Counted from the first letter of the stretch, positions 23,801-33,469 are shown. The stretch is DNA of 37,639 nucleotides from Ginglymostoma cirratum (GCA_024137785.1 JAHRHZ010000002.1:15723787-15761425); one strand, 5' to 3'. The notes: generated from the sequence alone by a model not told the origin. Numbers and translations: made by a program.

Positions 23801-26800
23801 ATAGAGTGGATAGCCAGAGACTTTTTCCCAGGGTGGAAATGACTATTACGAGGGGGCATAATTTTAAGGTGATTGGAGGAAGGTATAGGGGAGATGTCAG
23901 AGGCAGGTTCTTCACACAGAGAGTGGTGGGTGTGTGGAATGCGCTGCTGGCAGTGGTAGTGGAGTCAGATACTTTAGAGACTTTTAAGTGACTCTTGGAG
24001 AGGTGAATGGAGGATAGTAAAATGTAGGGTATGCAGGGTAGATTAATCTTAGTAGGATAATAGGTTGGCACAACATTGTGGGCCGAAGGGCCTGTACTGT
24101 GCTGTGCTGTTCTATGTTTCTATGTTACAACACTAGACCTTACGCCCGGTGACTTGAATGCTTCTCCTTTGAGACGTATCATTATTATGCAGTTGGCTGC
24201 TGTCCCTCCCAAAGTCAGTAGACATGTTGGTGGCTGTGTCTCCAAGCAGATCATTTTAGTCACCGCATGACTGAGGCAGTGAGCTGTCACAAACTTTATT
24301 TTTGGCTCTCCACCCATTTTCAAGTTACCATTGTTTCGCTTGCGAGCGAAATGGAACAGGAGAGCTGCAGTTCATGCTGTCATCGCTCATTTTACATTAA
24401 GTTTGTGTTACGAAGGAGAAAATGGCCGAACCGCTCTGATAATTAAATTAAAACACAAGCCCCAATCTGTTGTGGTAGGAGTCGGGGCTCCCCTCTAATA
24501 AACCTCCCCAAAACCCCCCGAGAAGCTCGTCTTTCCCCTCATAATCTATTAAAAGAGTGGTTAAAAGAAAGAAAATCCCTGATCTCCACTTTACAAGTAA
24601 CAAGAAACAATTTATTTCCCAACAATGAACAAATTAACAAAATTACTAACAAACTGACAATTCCCTCTCAGACTACTAACTACTCCCTAACTGGTCTACA
24701 TTCTACTGGAATGCTGTTTAAATAAAGACAAGCCCCACTAAAAGAAACCCAATGAATAAGAAGCAATAAATTATAACTTATTTTCTCCAATTTGACACTG
24801 ACTGTCTTCTGGAATATTCTGTCTTCTCTGGTCTCTTCACAAACACTTTTCTTGCACTAATTCTGCTGTTAGGGATGTTTTATCTCTATAATTTAGTTAA
24901 TGAGGACTTTGAGCTGAAGTACTATGGTACCCTTGATTAATTAGTTGGGCTTTCTCTGAGCACTGAATGGTGCTAACTCTGGCAGTTGGCCGATGGCTCT
25001 CTCTTTCAGATGGCAGTTAGCTCTCCCCAATTTTCCAAATGCCCTTGTCTAATATATCTGTAATGACATTATCAAATTCTTATAATATGATTGGTTTCAG
25101 GTTGTAAACACCATCAGATTTAAATTCAATTGGCTTTCTGTATCTAGGTGCTTCTTTTAAATTAATTGGCCAAATTCAAACTTGTTGTCTTGGAAGAAAC
25201 TGCTGCTTGGCTGTTCTAAACAAAATGTTTCCATCTGGGCGCACTCTGTGCACACGTTTTTATAAACTTCCGAGCGCAGACAAAGCACTAGCTCCTAAAG
25301 AGGTCATGACACGCTTTTCTTCACAATCATCTTTACCAACAAATTCTAACTTCCGACCTTCCAATTCTCAAATATGCGACCCAACTTTGTCACAGTTGGG
25401 ACCAGCCAACATGCAGGAGCGGCAAGCCGGGGATGTAAATCTGCCAGAGTGTCTCTGAAAAGTTTGGGAAGCCCTTCCTGTCATTAGTCAGGTCAGCCTG
25501 TGGCGGTCTATCTCTGAGAAACAGGCTGCTAAACCCACTGCTTCTGAAGGATTGACTATGCCTTTGGCTCGAACGCCTGTTTCCAACATGCAGGTGCTCC
25601 CATGTTTGGAGATTCATCACAAAGAGTCCAAAGCAATGGATGGAATTTGTATATCAACAGCTCCTGGGATGACTAATCGCTGGAAGAGGTCTCCATCTGT
25701 GTGAAGTCAATGCTGATTGAGATAAATAAGCTAGCAGAATCGTAGAAACCATACTGTGTGGAAGGGGGCCATTTGGCCCATCAAGTCCAGACTGAGTCTC
25801 GGATGAGCATCCCAGCCAGACCCACCTTATCCCTGTAACCCCACATTTCCCATGGCTAACCCACCTAGCCTGCACTTCCCTGGATACTATGGGCAATTTA
25901 GCATGGTCAATCCAACTGATCTGCACATCTTTGGACTGTGGGAGGTAACTGGAGCACCCAGAGGAAACCAATGCAGACGCAGGGAGAATATGCAATCTCC
26001 ATGCAGATAGTTGCCCGAGGGTGAAATTGAACCCTGGTCCCCGGCACTGTGAGGCAGCAGTGCTGACCACTGAGCCACCATGCTACCCCAGCAAGTGAAG
26101 TAAGATCAGAGTAGAAATCTGGAGTTAAGGTATCGGGTTCATCATCACAGAATCGAAGAATTATTACACTTCAGAGGTGGGTATTCAGCCCATCATACCA
26201 GCTCTATTATCTAACCTGACTATATTATTTCCTGCCAATTTTCCCCATATCCCTGCATATCATTGCATCAATTATAGCTATAAAAAGACCATAGCACCTA
26301 TAAGCTATTCAGTCAGAGATCATACAGCGCGGAAACAGACCCTTCAGTCCAACCAGTCCATGCCTAACATAATCCCAAACTAAACTGATCCCACCTGCCA
26401 GCTCCTGGCCCATATCACTCCAAACCTTTCCCATTCATGTAGTTATCCAAGTGTCTTTTAAACTTTGTAACTGTGTTTACGTTCACCACTTCCTCAAGAA
26501 GCTCATTCCACATGCGAACCATATGTACGACTGGCCCGACAAGCATTGTATATAGTTCCTTGAACGTGGCGTTATGTGTAGATAGGGTGGTGAAGATGGC
26601 ATTTGGCATGCTTGCTTTCATTGGTCAGAGCATTGGATTTGGGAGTTTGGACGTCATGTTGCGATTATACAGGATGTTGGTGAGGCCACTTTTGGAGTAC
26701 AGCATCCAGCTCTAGTTGCCCTGCTATAGGAAAAGTATTGTTAAATTGAAAAGAGTGTAGAACAGATTTAGAAGGATCTTACTGGGACTTGAGTTGTAAG

Positions 26801-29800
26801 GAGATCCTGGATAGGCTAGGATTTATTTCCCTGGAGCATTGGAGATTCAGGGGTGAGTTTATAGAAGATTATAAAATCATGAGGTCCATTAATAAGGTGA
26901 ATAAAAAGGTCTTTTCCCCAGGGTAGGGAAGCTCAAAACTAGACGGCATAGGTTAAAGGTGAGAGGGGAAAGATTTATAAGGAACCTTAGCGGCAACGTT
27001 TTCATGCAGAGGGTGGTGCGTATGTGGAATGAGCTGCCAGAGGAAGTAGTGGAGGCTGGTACAATCTTTAAAAGGCTTCTGAATGGGTATATGAGTAGGA
27101 AGGGTTTAGAGGTATGGGCCAAACATAGGCAAACGGGACGAGTTTAATCTGGGAAGCCTGGTCGGCATGGATGATTTGGACCAAAGGGCCTGTTTCCTTG
27201 CTGTATGACTCCAAACAAATGGCCTGAGGTATATTTGAGGGGTGAATATTAGCCAAGATAGCAGCAAGTTCACCTGCTCTTCATAAAGGAAAGCCATTCA
27301 AATGAGTGGAAGCAAAGCATTCCAGTCAATCATCTAATCCTAAAGACAGCATCTCTGACAGTACAGCGCTCCTGCAGTACTGCACTGAAATGCTTGCTTA
27401 GATTACATGTTCCGTCTCTGGAGAAGGGCTTGAACTTATGCCTTTGGGTTCAATGTTCCTCTATTTACAATTGTTTGATCCCCTGGGAACATAAGTACAG
27501 CAGAAGAGCTGGTGAATAGCACACACCTATGGGAAGGAGGCCACATGATTTATCATATGGGCTCCGTTGTTCCTTCCTGCTAGATTTTATTGAATTCACA
27601 CACTTAAATGATCCAATCATCACCAGGACAGCGGCAAATTCTCCGCTGTATTTCCTTGACCAGTTGCGTTACTCAGGAGCACAGTTAGAGGCGGATAGGG
27701 TTTGTGTGTGTTTTTCTCTCTCTCAGCAAATCTCCTCTTTCACCTGTTCCCAGTTTGCCGTGTTGTCCTGAATGTCGCAGCTCCTGTCATTGCTGTGTTT
27801 GGGCCGAGTATCCTCATCAGAGAAGTAATTAAACAAACCGGTGAGTGCTGTCTGACAAAATTAATTAATGAATTCTGAAAGTAACATCCCATCAGGAGTT
27901 GTATCATTAGGAGAGCTCACTGCTGAGTTATTTTGGCCGGTTTTCATTGAAACCCGTCAAACTCCTAAGTTTACAGTGCCATCTGCCCTTTGTTCAATTG
28001 CTTCAAATCTGTTTCCCCTTCTCTACGTGTTTTTTCTCACAGTTACCCAGATGCAATGATTCCTATCTCAAACATGCCCTGTGACAAAATATTTCCATGC
28101 TTCAAAACCTTTGTAAATAAGTTCTTCAAACCTTTACTTTCATTCTTGACTGACTTTTCTTTACTGAAAACCCATATTCATCGAAGGAAATATTTTCTGT
28201 ATTTGTTCTATTTATCTCCTTAGAATGTCTACAAACTTTCTCATCTGTGATTTCCAACTGTCCATTCCTTGACACCTGATGGCCTTTAGTTTCTTCAGTA
28301 ATTTTCTTCCAATCCCTTCATCAGTTCACTTGTAAAAGATCCCACATTGTAATCTAATCTAGAATAAAATAGAATATCCTTTCAATTATCCTTTAACTGA
28401 TTAAACCCAACACTTCCTCCAAATCACATTCTACTTGAGGGCAGCACAGTGGCTCAGTGGTTAGTATTGCTGCCTCACAGCGCCAGGAACCTAGGTTCAA
28501 TTCCACCCTCAGGTGACTGTCTGTGTGGAGTTTGCATGTTCTCCCCACATCTGTGTGGGTTTCCTCCCACAGTCCAAAAAATGCCAGTTAGTTGGGTTGG
28601 CAAAGCTAAATTGCCCATAGTGTGTGGGAAGTGCTGGTTAGGTGGTTTAGCCATGGGAAATTCAGATAGGGTGGTGGGTGGGCTGCTGTTCAAAGGGTCA
28701 CTCTGGGCTGAATGGCCTGCTTCCCATACTGTAGGGATTCTACTTAATGTGCCTGGCTATAACATCTTATGATTGTCTGCAGTGAAGTTTTTAATTGTCA
28801 TGATTAGAATTTTAATTTAGCTATTGACATGATGATCTCTATTCACAGATAGCGATTGTGGCTCAGCAGCCATACTGCCATCAACTATAATTCTGACCAT
28901 GGTGATTACATTGGTTATTCTTGCTGTAACCTTTGTACCCTATAAAATATGTAAGTAATGGTGGGTGAAGTTGTTTCAGATCTACTATTAATGGACATAT
29001 ATTGTTGTGAGCAGAAACCTTGACTGGATTTTCCTCTTCATTCTCTCCTGACCATCTGCAGTGCAGATTGGGCCATCCCAAACTCCTCACAGGATCCCTA
29101 CGATGCAGAAACAGACCATTCAGCCCACTGAGTTCACACCAACTGTTTAAAGAGCATCCCTCCCACACCCTGTTATCCCCGTAACCCTGCATTTCCCATG
29201 GTTAATCCACCTAACCTGCACATCTTTGGATTCTGGGAGGAAACTGGAGCACCCAGAGGAACCCCATGCAGACACAGGGAGAATGTGTAAACTGTACACA
29301 GTCACCCAAGGCCAGAATTGAACCTGGGTCCCTGGCACTGTCAGGTAGCACTGCTAAGCACCGAGCCACCATGGCCCATAACCTTCCAACTAATTTGATT
29401 AGAAACAGATTAGGAATTTGCTGAAGTTGCCTAGTTTGTGTCAGGAACACTGAATTGGAGAATCTTGATCAAGGCTCTTCAGTCATTCTGCATTCACTGG
29501 TGGTATTTTGTGAACCGTAGTACTCTCTCCTTTTTATTACTGCTAGGTTTCTGTGTAATCGATGAGTTTCCCTTAACTGCATGACAGTAATGACACCCTG
29601 CATTAAACTGATCAGGTGAAGTCACCATAGCCCTTCTGCGCTATCATTAGAGAGAGATGCCTGGTGGTGGTTTAACCTGAGGGATCCATATCTCAGTTGA
29701 GGGGAGAGATTGAGAGGAGGTTGAGGGTAACCTCAGCCTGTGTGGGAGTCAAACCCATGCTGTTGGTGTCACTGTGCAGCCTACTGAGCTGACCGACCCC

Positions 29801-30844
29801 ACCAGTTCCAAGGAAGGGTCACTGGACCTGAAAGTCTGCTTTCTCTCCACAGATGCTGTTGAGTTTCTAAGAGCAACTTCCATTTTTGTTTCTGATTTCC
29901 AGCATCCACAGTTCTTTCCATTTTTATAAAATTCAACCTATATTGTATTGCGGAAAACGCATTTGGACTAATCCAAATTTAATGAAAACCTTTGTTTAGT
30001 TAATCTTTACATCGATACAACTGATTGTTCATTCACGTCAACAGACATCGAATGGAAAAAACAACCAGTTGGAACTCCTCCTGCAAGTACGAGTTTCGGA
30101 GGTTCTGATCATCATCAATGTACTGTAAGTATTAGACTTTAATAGAAATTAGAAGTTTGACAGGCAACTGTGCCCTGAATCTTCATAAAAGTAGTGCAAA
30201 TGCAAGATTCTCTTTTATTATGCCATTTGCTTGGAGAGTCAGAAAAGCCAGAGTAACTATTGAGCTTACTAGGAACAGAGGTGTTTGATTCTGGGGATGT
30301 ACAGATTACAAGAATTATCTCTCATAAACTATCCTCTCCATTAAGTGTTTAAAAGGAAAATCAAATCCTTGAGGCAAAGGGTACAAAGTGCAAACAATTA
30401 ATTTTATATACAAGCATTTAATACTAGAAAAACATATTGCCAATTTTCCTTTCTCAATTGCAGTAAATGATCTTTTGAAAATAATGTAAGTTTTCAAAAA
30501 TAAAGGAAAAGGTGCTGTATTGAGATGATTTGAAATGCTGTATTGAAACACCTGTATTGCAGTATGGTCCACAGTGAATATGTTTATTATGTTAGATAGG
30601 GCAAACATTACTCGTTCGTAAAATGTAACCTTGACAAATATACGTGGTTCACATCTCAAAGGGAAAAGAGCTCAGCTTAATTCTTCGATATAAAATTCAA
30701 ACAAAATTCATGTGAAGAAGTTGGACCAATAACTGATTTTACGTTTTTATGTGTTTAAGTAAACAAAAATGGTGTTCTCAGGCTTTAAATAAGTTTACCT
30801 TTACCTTGCTGTAGGAGATGAAGAAAACACCCTCAAGTCCATGA
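11835..30844 (+). CDS. Spliced gene, 10 coding exons (11835-11895, 13421 or 13436-13735, 16292-16561, 19414-19545, 19732-19836, 23365-23484, 27754-27840, 28849-28950, 30045-30124, 30815-30844): signal peptide + IgV + IgC2 + 5 TM + short cytoplasmic tail, ~428-433 aa
   Basis: The exons join in one open frame (1302 nt with the 13421 start, 1287 nt with 13436). Introns are GT-AG except the 13421 option. Introns 1-8 are phase 1 and intron 9 is phase 0. The loops predicted to be cytoplasmic are basic, as the positive-inside rule expects. Confidence 0.82.
12018..12041. repeat. (CT)n microsatellite in intron 1
   Basis: Seen directly. Confidence 0.9.
12795..12925 (+). mobile_element. Deu-domain SINE (SacSINE1-like) 3' fragment
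   Basis: tgtggggtcttgctgtgtgaaaattgactg...ggcgctgtataagtg resembles the recalled DeuSINE core and tail. Confidence 0.6.
12932..12982 (-). mobile_element. Penelope-like 3'-terminal fragment running into the N-gap in intron 1
   Basis: gtgtagagctggatgaacacagcaggccaagcagcatcagaggagcagga matches the PLE terminus seen at 4430-4478 and 34700-34748. Confidence 0.85.
13421..13735 (+). CDS. Exon 2: V-set Ig domain lacking the B-F disulfide (CD2/SLAM/CEACAM/HEPACAM-type N domain)
   Basis: [11 protein letters not shown]...IEWTF...[28 protein letters not shown], with the C-strand W and DxGxY motifs and no Cys. Donor G|gtaagc at 13735. The acceptor is ambiguous (tttttcat|13421 or gag|13436). Confidence 0.9.
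13810..14110 (-). mobile_element. Old CR1 3' fragment
   Basis: aggaataagccattcagctcctcaaaccta... resembles the reversed CR1 tail. Confidence 0.55.
14850..15500 (-). mobile_element. CR1 ORF1 (SGNH/GDSL esterase-like) remnant
   Basis: IGDSLVRG motif in ORF 14905-15165. Confidence 0.65.
16292..16561 (+). CDS. Exon 3: C2/I-set Ig domain
   Basis: EPLSKPSI...ELICQV...ILWWKDNK...NNSTLII...[14 protein letters not shown] has the canonical C, W and YxC plus the NPVS motif seen in CEACAM/SLAM/HEPACAM C2 domains. Acceptor ttcag|AA, donor G|gtgagt, phase 1-1. Confidence 0.95.
16670..17505 (+). mobile_element. CR1 ORF2 internal fragment (intron 3)
   Basis: [25 protein letters not shown], and a [10 protein letters not shown]-coding stretch at about 17380-17410; multiple frameshifts. 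Confidence 0.85.
18712..18912 (+). mobile_element. CR1 3' end
   Basis: ccatgatcttattgaacagcagagcagg...gggctgaatggtccactcctgctc tail. Confidence 0.75.
19414..19545 (+). CDS. Exon 4: TM1 ([23 protein letters not shown]) and start of cytoplasmic loop 1
   Basis: Acceptor tttctatttcag|GC, donor T|gtaagt, 132 nt, open in the phase-1 frame. Confidence 0.9.
19732..19836 (+). CDS. Exon 5: basic loop (REKMRHLLK) + TM2 ([19 protein letters not shown])
   Basis: Acceptor tattttcccag|GG, donor GAAG|gtagcg (somewhat weak), 105 nt, phase 1-1. Confidence 0.82.
20501..20845 (+). mobile_element. HE1-type V-SINE (intron 5)
   Basis: V-domain gggtttcctccgggtgctccggtttcctcccacagt. Confidence 0.88.
21250..21580 (-). 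mobile_element. tRNA-derived SINE, same family as 930-1192
   Basis: Reverse-complement match including ggccagaccaggtaaggatggc...ttccttccct. Confidence 0.75.
23365..23484 (+). CDS. Exon 6: TM3 ([18 protein letters not shown]) + basic cytoplasmic loop 2
   Basis: Acceptor ttttttgatcttttaatag|GG, donor T|gtaagt, 120 nt, phase 1-1, open frame. Confidence 0.8.
23627..24125 (+). mobile_element. CR1 3' end (intron 6)
   Basis: [33 protein letters not shown]; terminal (ttctatgt)n repeat. Confidence 0.9.
24404..25394. mobile_element. Possible solo LTR in intron 6
   Basis: TG...tgtcaCA-type ends, clustered CCAAT/ATTGG boxes and poly(A)-like signals; left boundary and TSD not convincingly identified. 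Confidence 0.3.
25736..26087 (-). mobile_element. HE1-type V-SINE, full length (intron 6)
   Basis: Head with A/B boxes, V-core and tail on the minus strand. Confidence 0.88.
26310..27212. mobile_element. CR1 fragments (about 26310-26520 -, 26545-27212 +)
   Basis: [15 protein letters not shown] and [19 protein letters not shown] motifs. Confidence 0.85.
27340..27440 (-). mobile_element. Deu-domain SINE 5' fragment
   Basis: Reverse complement agtgcagtactgcaggagcgctgtactgtcagagatgctgtcttt resembles the Deu core. Confidence 0.6.
27754..27840 (+). CDS. Exon 7: TM4 ([19 protein letters not shown])
   Basis: Long pyrimidine tract then ttcccag|TT, donor G|gtgagt, 87 nt, phase 1-1. Confidence 0.85.
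28438..28745 (+). mobile_element. HE1-type V-SINE (intron 7)
   Basis: gtggctcagtggttag...ggttcaattcc head and V-core. Confidence 0.88.
28849..28950 (+). CDS. Exon 8: extracellular DSDCG + TM5 ([17 protein letters not shown])
   Basis: Acceptor ctctattcacag|AT, donor T|gtaagt, 102 nt, phase 1-1, strongly hydrophobic. Confidence 0.88.
29090..29376 (-). mobile_element. HE1-type V-SINE (intron 8)
   Basis: Reverse-complement head and V-core. Confidence 0.88.
29618..29800 (-). mobile_element. tRNA-derived SINE, second unnamed family (other copies about 4010-4155 +, 14278-14430 -, 14448-14590 +, 17508-17690 -)
   Basis: Shared gtcaccatag...tttaacctgaggg..cacca body and a ggtcagctcagt / ggttagctcagttggct head. 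Confidence 0.7.
29807..29918 (+). mobile_element. Degenerate short PLE-type terminal repeat, same family as 540-650
   Basis: aggaagggtcactggacctgaaa...ccacagatgctg...tttttgtttctg is similar to 551-648; the hammerhead core is broken (ccaagga). Confidence 0.6.
30045..30124 (+). CDS. Exon 9: cytoplasmic tail [27 protein letters not shown]
   Basis: Acceptor caacag|AC, donor ACT|gtaagt (phase 1-0); WKK stop-transfer-like residues follow TM5. Confidence 0.78.
30815..30844 (+). CDS. Exon 10 coding part: EMKKTPSSP-stop
   Basis: Acceptor tttaccttgctgtag|GAG, TGA at 30842-30844. The frame assumes direct splicing from exon 9; a missed micro-exon would give [14 protein letters not shown]-stop instead. 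Confidence 0.62.
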   Translation, partial: EMKKTPSSP

Positions 30845-31225
30845 CACACAGCTACCACTGAAGTGACTCAGGGATCACTGCTACCTGAGAAGAACAACTT
30901 TAAACCTTGCGATTAAAGCACTACCTGAAATTTGCACTGTAAATACTGAGAAATTGAACTACTTGCAGCTCATTTCAGGAAGGAAATCTATGTGTTTCCT
31001 TGGTCTGACCTAAATGTGACTCCAGACTGAGTCTGGACAATGTCTTGTTTTCATCATGTCATCGAACAAGTGTGGACTCCAGCTAAAGCCTAACATTTCA
31101 AGAGCTTTCAAATTGCCAATTCTTGTTCGAAGTTTTTGTACTGGATACTTCTTTTAATACTTTATACCTGTACTTATGTGTGTGCTTCGTATCACATTTT
31201 ATTATTTTTCTCTGGATTACTAGAT

Positions 31226-31231
31226 AATAAA
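31226..31231 (+). terminator. Polyadenylation signal AATAAA of the Ig-5TM gene
   Basis: About 380 nt after the stop, followed by a U/GU-rich tract (ttcttcattctgtcttt). Confidence 0.6.
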
Positions 31232-31439
31232 ATTCTTCATTCTGTCTTTCAGGAAGAATTTAGAATTGGCTCCTTCATTTTGATTTAGTAAACTATGTTT
31301 TAATTTAAGTATGACATAGGTTTGTGCTAAAAAGAATTTAAAATCTATGTTGTGGTTAACTGAAGGGGTTAAAAAGAAGGGGAGGGAATTCACCCGATTG
31401 AAGCAAAATATCAATCTCCGATCATTCTGGTTAGGAACG

Positions 31440-31975
31440 CTTGGTAGGTCATTCAGCCCATCATGCCTGCTTCTCTCCACCATTCAGTTAGATCATCACT
31501 GATCACCTACCTCAGTGCCACTTTCCTGCACTATCTCTATATCCCTTTATGCCATTAGCCTCCAGAAATCCATCGATATCTCTCCAGAATGTGCTCAACG
31601 ATTGATCTTCCGCAGGGGTTAGAGAATCACAAAAGATTCCCAGCCCTTAGAATTGAAGAAATTTCTCCTGCTATCAGTCTCAAATAGATTACCCCTTTGT
31701 TATTCTCTCCCTTCCTGTTAGACTCACCAGTCAAGGAAAACATCTGTCAAGTACTATAAGGAATCTGTAAGTTTTCATGATAACCTCTTATCTTTTGAGA
31801 CTCAGTGGAATACAGATCCGACTTCCTCCGCCTTGTCCCAAAAGCCAATGCCATTTTCTAGCGATTGATTTGGTCAACCTCTGTTGTGCTCTCTCTTCCT
31901 TTTTAATAGTTATTGGTTTGCTTAGATAAGGACACCCACACTGTACACAATACTCCAAATGCGTTCTCACCAACG
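31440..31975 (-). mobile_element. CR1 3' fragment downstream of the gene
   Basis: LVRTHLEYCVQC motif. Confidence 0.75.
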
Positions 31976-32699
31976 ATTTTCCAGAAAGCAATTGGAATGT
32001 TATCCTTTATTCTGAGAGGAATTAAATGTAAAGGTTAGGATGAGGGTGAGTGGAAGGGATGGTAAAGGTATGCAAAAGAAAATCCAGGATCCATGCATCT
32101 TGGTCAAAGGCACCAAAGCCTCACCCTGTTCCACAGGTAGCAGACACACACCCACACTCACTGACATGTGACTCGTGCCTGCCTCTCTGCATCGACACGG
32201 TACATCGCCAATCCATTGACAACACACTTCTGCAATGTCTAGCGGCACTTTGGGACACACTGGCACCTATTATTGCAAGGATACTGTGCGCACAAGGCGG
32301 GCAGTTGGATTGGACTCGACTGCACCTCTCAATTGTTTGCACACTCTCTTAGCACTCACTCACTTTGTTTGCCTTGATGTTCACTTCATTCCTGCTTTGC
32401 TTTGACTTTTCAGTGCAGTCACAATGCCAGGCAGTTGGTCATCATGTCAGGTAGTCATCCGCCAAGGAGGTGTGGATATGTTAGTGGGCATCGCGCTGTC
32501 ATATTTCATACCTACACCATGTGCCAACAGCCTGTGTGGCAAACACATGGCACGTCCATCCACGAAATGGCCCTGGCTCAAAGTCAGAGGGGAGTTACGA
32601 TCAGTGATGTCAAGGGAGACATCTTTCAGTCAGGGGGGTTCCGAAACATCAAGCAAGTCAAGGGGTAGCGTCTGATATCAGTCCAGAGGCTTGGGGATG

Positions 32700-33180
32700 G
32701 TCCATCCGCTGCTCTGGGTGGTCAGGGCAACAATCCTCTCCATATTGGTCGCAAGGAGCCAAATCTCAGGCAGCCCACCATCCGTCTTGGCTCTTTCTAC
32801 CCAGTTGTGGGCTGTTTTCCCTAGGAATGAGAGAAAGGGAGGGAATGAGTGCAATAAAAGTGAGTGGCAGAGCTGTTATTGTTGGTGGAGGTGGGGAAAG
32901 GTTGGTAGAAAGTATTGAGGGTGAGTGACGTAGGAGGCTTGGGGTGGGTGAGAGAAAATGAGGGGAGATCTTACATATAACAGTGAGAGGCATTAGAGCA
33001 CAAGTTGAGGTGGAAGGTGTGCGCAGCAGCACATACAGAGTGGGTGAGAGGTGGCAGAGAAAATATGGGGACACTTACCCTAACAGAGCAGAGAAGGACA
33101 ACCTCAGAGCACACAGGAAGGGTCTGATGGTGTGGCCCTCTCTAGTGGTCCGGGGGAGGAAGAAGTCCCTGCTGTGCAAC
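32700..33180 (-). mobile_element. Decayed PIF/Harbinger-type Myb/SANT-like gene remnant with its intron
   Basis: Minus strand: ...LLCSVR|gtaagt (donor at 33073-33078), then attcctag| KTAHNWVERAKTDGGLPEIWLLATNMERIVAL, resembling the K.AHNRRER.KTGGG...L...EER signature of Harbinger Myb/SANT proteins; stop and deletion present. Confidence 0.65.
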
Positions 33181-33469
33181 ATTCTGTCTCCCGGCACTTC
33201 CAGGTCATTGCCCGCAACGTGGGACATTAATTGTTTTGTCCAGGGCAAATATTACAAGCACAATGTACAGGACAGTTCCGGACCCAGTGCTCGACCGGGT
33301 GCACAGTGGCCTTTTTCTGCACCCGGGGTATCCAGAGATATTCCAGAAGAGTGAGTAGTTCTGGTTACGTGAAGTGGAAGAGTCAGGCTAGCATCGGATG
33401 AGAGAGTTGCCATAGATGTGGTGTCGGTCATCAATCAGGTGAGATTGGGATGAAAATTAAACCTGCTAG

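Noticed and set aside
28438-28510. tRNA genes at SINE heads
   Set aside because: A/B boxes run straight into SINE bodies and no full cloverleaf is evident.
11835-30844. Assigning a gene symbol (CD47, HEPACAM2, CD48/SLAMF, CEACAM)
   Set aside because: No single known gene matches both the V+C2 ectodomain and five TMs as far as I can recognise; orthology needs phylogeny and synteny.
32620-32680. Minus-strand YPLTCLMFRNP resembling a Harbinger transposase motif
   Set aside because: Short, needs a frameshift, and has no supporting flanking motifs; likely chance.
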